From Trichosphaerium sp. ATCC 40318 (lineage: Eukaryota; Protista; Tubulinea): DNA of 47,208 bases. Every line of letters begins with the position of its first letter. Within the stretch, counting starts at the first letter, position 1. Made by a program: the position numbers and the translations under genes. The stretch lies in contig JALMLS010000366.1 of NCBI GenBank assembly GCA_038496445.1, positions 1-47,208 of the forward strand. Reading direction: 5' to 3'. Under the pieces are notes generated by a model, which made no database searches, was not told the DNA's origin, and saw only the letters and a list, made by a program, of their open reading frames with translations. Shown here one piece after another: positions 38,491 through 47,208 of the stretch.

Positions 38491-39278
38491 ATCAGACGCG
38501 TTTTTGAAGAGAATGCCGGTTCGAGCACGTGATTTACTCCGGGAAGAATTTATGAGTTAGGGAGTTATAATTATTGGCAGGTTCCACCCATAAACGTGGT
38601 GAGCGAATATCTACGCCTAAAAACTTGAAATGTATTTCTAAAAAACGTGCTTTTCAGTTTCCTTCCAAAGGGTAAATCAAACTACACTTACCATCACCTG
38701 AAGCATTTGTATGTACGAAATAAAGTACGAAAATAAATAATAGAGGACGTATGTACATAATAAGCGCTGTTTGACTGTGAAATCTGTAAATACTGAAAAA
38801 AAAAAAACCGGAAAAAAGTTATCTCCGAAGAGTGTTAGCCTTTCTTGAGTAAACGATGTACATCAGAACTTCTTGTTCCACAAAATTACGACAATACACA
38901 AACAGACTGTATTGAAAATTGTGATACGAACTTACACGTCCGTGGAATATTCTTTATTACTTCGCTATGGAATTATGTACTTAACTTACTCAAATATAAA
39001 GTATGCTATGGTTCAACAACACAACCAAAAAATTCTACTTTACACTAACTTCACGTCGAATACATTTCAAGTTTTTCGTTGACGTGAAGTGTCGCAATAA
39101 ATACCCATGTGAACCTACACAATGGCAAGTCTTGTAGTTTATTTTAAGACTCAAGTTGTCAATGTACGTTGATACAGCAGCGTCAGATTCATATTACCAA
39201 TTCACAGCCTTCTTAAGCAGAACAGCGCTATAATTATTCTTCGCGTATGTTTAATATTATTAAAGAACAAATTTGCAG

Positions 39279-42001
39279 TTATTTACGTATATAAGATAAA
39301 TCAGGTGAGCGAGTTTGAGGATGTACGTGATTTGGAGGGGTGTTGAACTGAGGTCTTTGGTAGTTGCTTTGTACACTATAACCAAGAGGTTGTTGAGGAG
39401 GAGCAGAGAAGTTCATTGGAGTATAATGAGGACTAAGAAGAATAAGAGAACAGAAAACAAAGATTACACCCAAAAAAAAAACCAAACGTACCTTGCTCGG
39501 TTAAAATCAGTTGGATGAACATGAGGTCTTCCATATGGTATCTGATTAGATCCAGCGTAATGAGGTTGAGGTTGACGTTGAACTTGAGGATTAGAAGGTG
39601 GCGGTGTATTATAAGAATTGCGAAGATGATTATTACTATTATTGACCTGGAGAGGTTGGCTCGCACCCTGAGAATAAACCCTAAAGTAAAAAAAAATCAG
39701 AAAAAAGCTCGTAGTTTACTACAGCTCAAATCGTTCAAATTATCCAAAGATTTGTTCCCCAAACCTTGAAAACACCGTGTTTACAAGTGAAATAAAACGT
39801 AGTGTTTATGTGCGCGTAGGGGGAAGAAAAAAGTAGGATTTGAACGAATAGAACTGAAAAACGCATAAAAGTCATCACGTGATTTTTTTGTAAAAATTGT
39901 TGGTTGAGAGTATTCGTTTTGGTAAGAGTTGCTAAGGGTAAACAACGTGCCTGGCAATCATTGTGTTGACTTCATCATGTTTTTTACTTTGGAGTAAATA
40001 CTTGTAAAGGACAGTTAAGTCTTCTTCTACTTTTTGATTGTTTGAGAGATCTGTGTAATGCCCAAGAACACTCATTTGTTCGTTTTGAGGAAGTGATTGA
40101 AGAACACCTTTTATAACCTGTCTAATCATAGCATCAAGTTGATAAACAAGCTAAAAATAACAGAGCGTAAGAATCTAAAAATCAAAATACCAAATAACCC
40201 GAAGCGAAAAAAGGTGTTTTCGTGAGTAAAAAATAGCCGTACCTCACGTGCTTTTGGGCGTTTCATTGGATTAACGTTGACACAAGGTAATACTAAATCA
40301 GAAGACTAAATAAAAGGGTGAATGACAACTAGAAAGATTGACAAACGCGGGAATAAACCAAAAAAAAAAAGTACCTGGAATCGTTGTGGTAGTAAACAAC
40401 GAGCAGTGCGTTGGTCCCAGTAAGGTAGCTTTAATTCAAAAATTTCATATAACACAAGACCGAGACTGTATATATCAGCAGAGTAGTCATAGTGGCCACC
40501 CATCTTAACCTCTGGAGCCATCCTAAAAACAATGAGAAAGTTTATAATCAACAATCATTCGAGCTTTAAAAAATATACGTACCACAATGGAGTACCACTG
40601 TTTTGTGTCATTAGACATTGTGCAGGTACCTGCTGTCCTGTCTTACTACCAATTTTACGTGCAGATCCGAAATCAGTGTATTTACAAGAGAAATCAGCAG
40701 CAACAAGTATGTTCATAGATTTGACATCTCGATGTAATACACCCTCGCTGTGAATAAACGCAAGACCAAGACAACAGTGTCTGGCCATACGCATACGATG
40801 TAATAAACTTAATTTAGTCTTTTTCCTAGGAACCAAAATAAGTTGTCGAACAAATAGCAAAAGAGAATCAAGCAGGTTTTTGTTTCGTTTCCCTATTTCC
40901 GGAAATACGTACACATGAAGCTGATCATAAAGACTTCCATTTGGCATAAATTCCATTACAATTGTAAGTATTTTATTAGTAGTAGCATATCCATAAATCT
41001 TAGCTACATAATCGTTCTTGGTCCTCCTAAAACAAAATATTAAAAAAAGCCAAGAAATTCTGAAAAAAAAAACAAAACAAACTGTTGCGCGTCGTGCCGC
41101 CAAATTATAATAGCTACTTTCATAGCCTAATATTAAAAATTCACGTGATAGAAAATTCATGAGAAAAAAAAACACTCTCATGAAGATTGCTATTAAAAAA
41201 TGCTCAAATAAAACCCGTACGCCATCAAATCGACTTCTTTCTGCCATTCTGGCACTGCATTAGGTACATGAATTTCTAAATCTTTAATGACCACTTGACC
41301 ATGAATCCCTGCCGCTGTTCCTTTGAATACTATACCATAACTACCTAATAAAAGGGTTAAACTAGAAGCCCAAAAAAAAAAATATTGGCACGTGATCAAA
41401 ACAAGTAAAACAAAATTCTCCGTTTGCTCAAAAAACAAGGATTACTTTCACCGCATTCATTTGGTTTATTGGAGTTGTACTAAGAAAATAAAACAACAAC
41501 GCGTTGTGGATTGGTGAGAAAAAAGTTCTCAATTATTTGCGTAGTGCACGTCACAATCATACTGTTGTCCTTGCAATAATGCGTCGAAAGCAAGAAACAA
41601 CCCAAACGATGATGTAAAAATAAAAATTAATGCCACAAACTAGTTTAGGTTGTGGCATTCGCATTCTCTTTCATATAGCTTGGCGTTGTATGTACCTTTA
41701 GCGAGATGTGGAAATTCGCGTTTCAGTTGGTGTGCAGCGAACTGTATCAATCCTCCTTGGTTTTGTCGTACAGGTTGTTGAGGACGAGCGTCTGTAAACG
41801 AAAGATAAGCATACGGGTAACTTTGGCGGGTATGACGTAAAATACAACAACCACGTCATGTAAACATAAAAAACAAGCTTTTGGATGGAGCTAATGCCGT
41901 TTTTCAACAAAACATTCAGCAAGCTACAAATAACGGCAACACAAGTGCGCGGTGTAGTTAAACCAAGCGTTAATTTGGGAATTTAAAATCGTACAAGCCA
42001 T
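39279..42001 (-). CDS. TKL-group protein kinase with a Pro/Gln/Asn-rich tail, multi-exon
   Basis: MAY...LAKGSYGIVFKG, VVIK, VMEFMPNGSL, HRDVKSMN, DFG, GTPLWMAPE and ADIYSLG. The low-complexity last exons end at TAA 39279. Confidence 0.9.
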
Positions 42002-42240
42002 TTTATTCCGTTTAGGCGCTAATGAACTAGAGTTGTGCAAGGCTTATGGTTGTAAGCGATGAACGCGTTAACTATTTAATGACTGGCTTTTGACCTTTTC
42101 TTGTCGGCTTTTTTGACATTTTGTTGGGCGACGAACTGCTGAATAATCCCACTAGCGAGGTACACGACCATTATACGTTTTTGAGACCTTAGTGCAAGTG
42201 TAACCTTATTTAGAAACGGAGTTGATACCAGTTGAAGGAA
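42002..42240. promoter_or_regulatory. Probable bidirectional promoter (TKL kinase / NDK)
   Basis: Divergent start codons 239 bp apart. Confidence 0.5.
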
Positions 42241-44538
42241 ATGTCATACATACTCACCAGTAGAACGTTGCTTCGTAAGGTAACTTTGTTTTCTGGACTT
42301 GTTTACTTGCGATCGTCCTCCCGCTCACTCCATTGTAGCCATATCGTAATAAGAATACTATTCGCACTTCCAAACGTCATGTCGCGCATTGGGGCGAGGA
42401 TAAGCTAACATGGGCCGTGCTTACGCCTAGGACAATAGGAAAATCAATGCAAGGCGGTGTAGTGACTCGTTTGCTCTCAACGCCAGGTACAAAAACTTTT
42501 TAACCAAAAAAGTAGTCCAACTGCTCTGCATTACTCTTAGCGGCATCATACGCGAAAACGATAGCGCTAACCGTTATATAATGCAATTATTATCGTTTTG
42601 CTTATTGGCGACTTTAGGTCTTGAAATAGTAGGCGCACGCATGTATGCACCATCACGTACGCTCTAGATTCCTTTTGCTTCAAAAAATAACAGCCCACCA
42701 AGAGGAATTTGTTTCAGAGATGATGGCTGCGCATAACAAGTATTCAGAAGACAAAGAAAACGCTGAAGCAATAAAAGATTTTGTAGAGCTTAACTTTGGA
42801 CAAGAAAAATCTAATGCACCTTACCCAAATCACTGCATGCTGTGCTTGCTAAAAGGTACTCATATCCGCTCTTTGCATTACCCCTCTTTTAACAGCATAG
42901 AGCGCTTGGCGTTTATGCCATTGGGATTTTATTTGCTCGCTTGTCATCCGTGCACAGTCCACACAAACTTTTACGTTTTTTTTGAATATTTTTTTTGTAA
43001 CTGGAATGTTTAGGTCCTGATGCTCTTAACACTGTAAATAGTGTTGCCGGTCCTCATTTCCCATCACCTGCAGGATTTGGTATGCCTTTGGGAGACATAG
43101 GATGACCATTGCTTTTGCATTCTAACTTGATGATAGGTCGTACTATTCGTGGTACTTTTGGTGAATATAAAAAAATTGATGGCAAAGTTTTGCGGTTTCA
43201 GCCAAGTATATTTGTCCCTGATAATGAACGCCTAAATGACGCTTTTCTTGAGTTATTTGGTACTTCATTAGCTTGTTTATTTTGTGTTCTTTGCTAATTG
43301 TAATTTAGCCAAGTACGCTGAGAAGGACGGAGGGATTTTGGTACGCAATGTACTTTAATACTATGATGTTTAAAATAATGACATTTCCTTTTTTTCTAAA
43401 TAGTCAAATGAATGGTATGAGAAAAACTACCCTGATACAAATGGTAAGCTTTAAAAGAGATAGACGAGTAAATTAATTGTTTTTTTCACCTTTTTTTTTG
43501 ACTTTTTATGTTTTAGGTGATGGAATCCTTGATAAACATGAAACATCGCTTGTTATGATAAAACCTGATTCCCTTGAACGACCTTCTTCATTACCTGGAC
43601 ATATTATGGATTTACTTGGTACTTAAAGAGTTCAATTTTGTTGGCAGTTTTTTTTTAATTCATTTTTTTTTTCAGGTACTACTGGTTTGACAGTTGTTGG
43701 TACAAGGCTTATTTCTATGTCCCTAAATGACGCCAAAAACTTCTATGGATTTTTGGAGGGTGTATTCGAAAAGAAATTACGTCCAAAAGGCAAGCATGGA
43801 GACACTAACGCTTTTTTTCGTTTGACAACTATTTTTTTTTTGGTTTCGTTTTTTTTTCTTAAACTTGTTCACGTATTAATGGTGGTTTTAGTTCAACAGA
43901 CAATTAAAAAGCAGTTAAGTAATGCTTTCGAGTTTGAAGTTACAGACGAAGAGATTGACTCTGTAACTGATATTTTCCAAAAGAAGAATGCTAAAAAAGA
44001 AGTAACGAGCATTATGGAGTATATGTCTGGGTACGTGATACTTTTGTTTTGGAGCATGTTATCCCATAATATTCTTATTTTTTCTTCATAGATTGGATAT
44101 AGATAAAGTAACTGATCCTGACGCTCCAGGTCCAGCTAAATGCTGGGCGTTGTTGTATAGAGGCGAAAAAGCGATATCAAGTACCAATCATCAACTTTTT
44201 TTTTGCGGTTTAGTGTTTCTTCATTTAACGATTTCTCTACTTAGCTATGAGGAATAAACTTGGCAGTACTGATCCAAATAAAGCTGATGAAGGGTCTATA
44301 CGTGCAGACTATGGCAAAGATATTATGCGTAATGGTGCACATGCTAGTGACTCTGAAGAAAAGTAAGTTTTTTTTTGTTTCAGTTTTGCACCTTTTGGTT
44401 AAATGGTTTTGTTTTTTGGTTTTAATACTTGTGTTCACTAGTGCAATACGTGAGAGAAAGATAATTGGTTTAATGGAAGATACATCTTCATACGAGAAAA
44501 AGATAATTAAAAGTTATTTAGATCATGTAAGCAAGTGA
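42241..44538 (+). CDS. Tandem-domain nucleoside-diphosphate kinase with a predicted mitochondrial presequence
   Basis: The C-domain has LVMIKPD, LGSTDP, GSIRADYG and catalytic NGAHASDS. The N-domain is degenerate NDK (VLTP...GGVVTRL...LEIVGARM...GRTIRGTFG). The N-terminus is Arg-rich and acid-free. Confidence 0.85.
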
Positions 44539-44611
44539 TAAAAACTTGTAAAAAAAAAAGTCAGAAGAAAGTGTCAAATGATTTACTTTATTTGTTTGTC
44601 ATGTTAGATTG

Positions 44612-45310
44612 TTATAACATCATGTTACCATTGTTAAATATATTGCTCCTCTGAATCATTGATTCTTTGGTTACATACGACATATTGATAATGTTGCACT
44701 GGCAATACCTTCGCACTGACAAATTACAAACAATGCTAGTACTATGTTGTGCATAACAATACCTTGTCTACCTGTGGCAATGATAAACAAAGACATAAAC
44801 AAGAGCAATGTAATTTTAAGTGAAGTGCACTGTCCATCAAGTACAGTACTTATTATTGCAGTAGCATTTATTTTATGCTGGCGTTGTGGTTACTATATAG
44901 ATATACACTCGCTTAATCACATCTATAGCGGGATACTTTCGCATTAGTACCAATCGTCATGAAACCATTATAAGTATTACATCTTCCAGCACTAGGTGTT
45001 CTCTGATTGCATCGTTTACCGCAGTTTTTCTTGCCTGGTATGTGGTCATACTATACTTAGAAGTGAGTCGAAAGTTGAACAGCGTAGACAATGGAGAAGT
45101 GCATACGCCATCATAACTCGTTTTAGGGCAAGATCCCCAAATGTCAGAGCAAAAAGTTCCCGAACCTCCCTCAGTTTTTTCATACAGCCTTGAACACCAT
45201 TTGCCTATGCACGCTTCTGCCTCTTCGTCATTTCCTGATACAGGACATGCGAACATAATGAGTACAAAAAGAATAGCCAAGGATAGCGTAGGTAAAGATA
45301 AGTTGCTCAT
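44612..45310 (-). CDS. Small Cys-rich secreted or single-pass membrane protein
   Basis: Signal-peptide-like N-terminus and 5 Cys in the mature part of exon 1. Tentative downstream exons add a hydrophobic segment ITLLLFMSLFIIA and end at TAA 44612. Confidence 0.6.
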
Positions 45311-46761
45311 TGTGAGTGATAATAATTTTTTGAGTGAAAAGGTGTAGAGAGTTTTTCAAGAGTTTGTCCGATGTAATCCCGATTTCACATAACACGAAAC
45401 TACACGACTCTCATGACTGTACACGAGGACCACATACCTAAGGCAAATGTTGCCTGTTGAAATAAGCCAAAACTGGTACAGCGAACAACGTCAGCTGCCT
45501 GTTGTATTAAGGAATGTAACAACATCCGCAAAAAAGGTTGTTATCTTTTTGTAGCACATATAGTGGTTTATTTTTGTGATTGCTTTATTATGTACAGATG
45601 TACTAGATGAGGTGTTGAAGGCCTTGGCAAGTGTGTAATCTATTAAAACCCAGCGTCAATCAAAAAATGCGAGCTAGAAAAATGTACAGTCAATATAGAA
45701 ATACTACATACACTACCTCTCTACTTTCGCTACCTTTTAGTAGCACTGTACTGGTAGTTTGCTCTCGCTTGCAAACGCCAAAGTGCCTTAAAATAGGCCC
45801 ATACTATAGGTTGCTTTGTTGATTTGTAGTAGCAATAAATAGAGCATCAAACAACGACAGTAAGTAGTCGAGGAATTCGTGATTCATAGCAAGTCTCTGG
45901 TTTTTATCAATGGCAAGTATTTGCAAAATGCTATCAAGGTGAGACTTTTTTTGTTAGAAAATAGTTGTTCTCAACTTGCTGATTTGAACGCGTGATATGT
46001 CCGAAAGAGAAAAATCAAGCCGTTATATACCTACAAGCACTGATACGTGGATTACTTGTAAATATATAAACCGAGAAGGTTGAGAAATAGAGTTGTACAT
46101 TAGAATGACCAACTTTTTTTGTGGGATTCCAAAGGATAATGCGTAAATGTTAATACCCGCCCAATACTTCTATGTGTAAACGAAAGCCTAAACTGGGAGT
46201 TATCCAGCAGTGCATTATCATTTGAATACGAAGTACTAAGACCAACTCGCAACCTTATCACGACAGCAACAGGATAGCAAGCAGAAATCACCCACCTCAC
46301 CCTCATGGTTGTATAAAAAATATCCCAGTGTCCTTTTCTTAAACTCACATACGTGGTGTCAAAACACTTCCAGTGCCTCCCTTTTCGATAAATCCCAAAC
46401 GCTCGCTCTGCGCTCAAGCTATCTGTCAGGGACAGATATGTTCCTTTCCTCCCAAAGATCATCTAGCTATCTCAGGTTGGTTGATTGAGGATGTGGTCTA
46501 AACACAGACATAATTTCAAAGGGAAAAGCTATGTACGAATAAAATTTTAAGACGTAAAATGCGTACGTAAGTTTTTTTGCCAGGCAAAAACAAACTGCTT
46601 ACTTTTTTCACAATGCAAGTTAAACTAACCATTTTTATTAAACTTATACAAGTACTGGCGCTGATCAAGTCAAAAATCCACCCAAAGCCTAGGTACTTTG
46701 TTATTCAATGCCTTAATAACCAGCCACATCTAGAGCTCTGGACACCATCATTTTGAAAACA

Positions 46762-47187
46762 TCATAAGTTGACAGAGAAGTGAAGAATTGAGTAGTAATG
46801 AAAATATGAGTTTGCTGTAGTCATTGTGCTGCTTTCCTCTTCATCTGTGACTGCTCCTTCATACATATGAGAAGTGAATAATAGCTGTAGGTACTCAAAA
46901 ATAGAGTCCATTGTGTCTAGAAAGAAAGCGTTAGCTAAAGAGCTTGGTCCATTCTCAAAATTCAAATAGAAAAGGGTAAAAGGATTACCTTCAGGGCAAT
47001 CTGGGAACTTCTCACAGAACTCACTAGGTACTATATGGTCGTCTTTGTAGATAAATATAGCCATACTACAACCTTTAGTTTTATAAAGGATATTACACCA
47101 CAACGAGAACTCATGTATTGATCTGTGTAGTTTTGTGCCGAAGATTGGATCATGTACACGGTATTCACCAAGTACAATGTTGTACAT
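46762..47187 (-). CDS. Hypothetical protein fragment, possibly a pseudogene, cut near the window end
   Basis: 141-codon ORF with protein-like composition. No family recognised, and downstream frames contain stops. Confidence 0.35.
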   Translation of the reverse strand: MYNIVLGEYRVHDPIFGTKLHRSIHEFSLWCNILYKTKGCSMAIFIYKDDHIVPSEFCEKFPDCPEGNPFTLFYLNFENGPSSLANAFFLDTMDSIFEYLQLLFTSHMYEGAVTDEEESSTMTTANSYFHYYSILHFSVNL

Positions 47188-47208
47188 TATTAAACAATCG
47201 TTTCCGTA

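Noticed and set aside
46100-46462. 120-aa minus-strand ORF
   Set aside because: An overlapping frame looks equally protein-like but has stops. It is likely a pseudogene remnant and is unassignable.

Overview
AT-rich, intron-dense eukaryotic nuclear DNA using the standard code. It is most likely amoebozoan, because it carries a villidin-type coronin-PH-gelsolin-headpiece gene. Most ORF-track entries are single exons or antisense shadows, so I rebuilt the gene models by hand from splice sites and conserved motifs. Left arm: JMJD4 (partial), a CAMK kinase, tRNA-Glu, villidin, a hypothetical gene and an SDR. Right arm: a Nop53-like gene, two membrane proteins, an atypical Rac, a TKL kinase, a tandem-domain NDK and a small Cys-rich membrane protein. 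Between them (~15.7-29.5 kb) is an accessory island. It holds a complete Fot/pogo DD35D transposon, four intronless F-box-LRR genes or pseudogenes, and an F-box-Ras pseudogene whose middle is occupied by an inverted 680-bp copy of villidin. The LRR cassettes have near-identical DNA scaffolds and hypervariable binding-face codons. Window-wide oddities are at least 40 copies of the palindrome CACGTG, frequent GC-AG introns, a 6-nt microexon, and a tRNA-like gene with a 6-nt anticodon loop. All counts are manual and no database searches were run.
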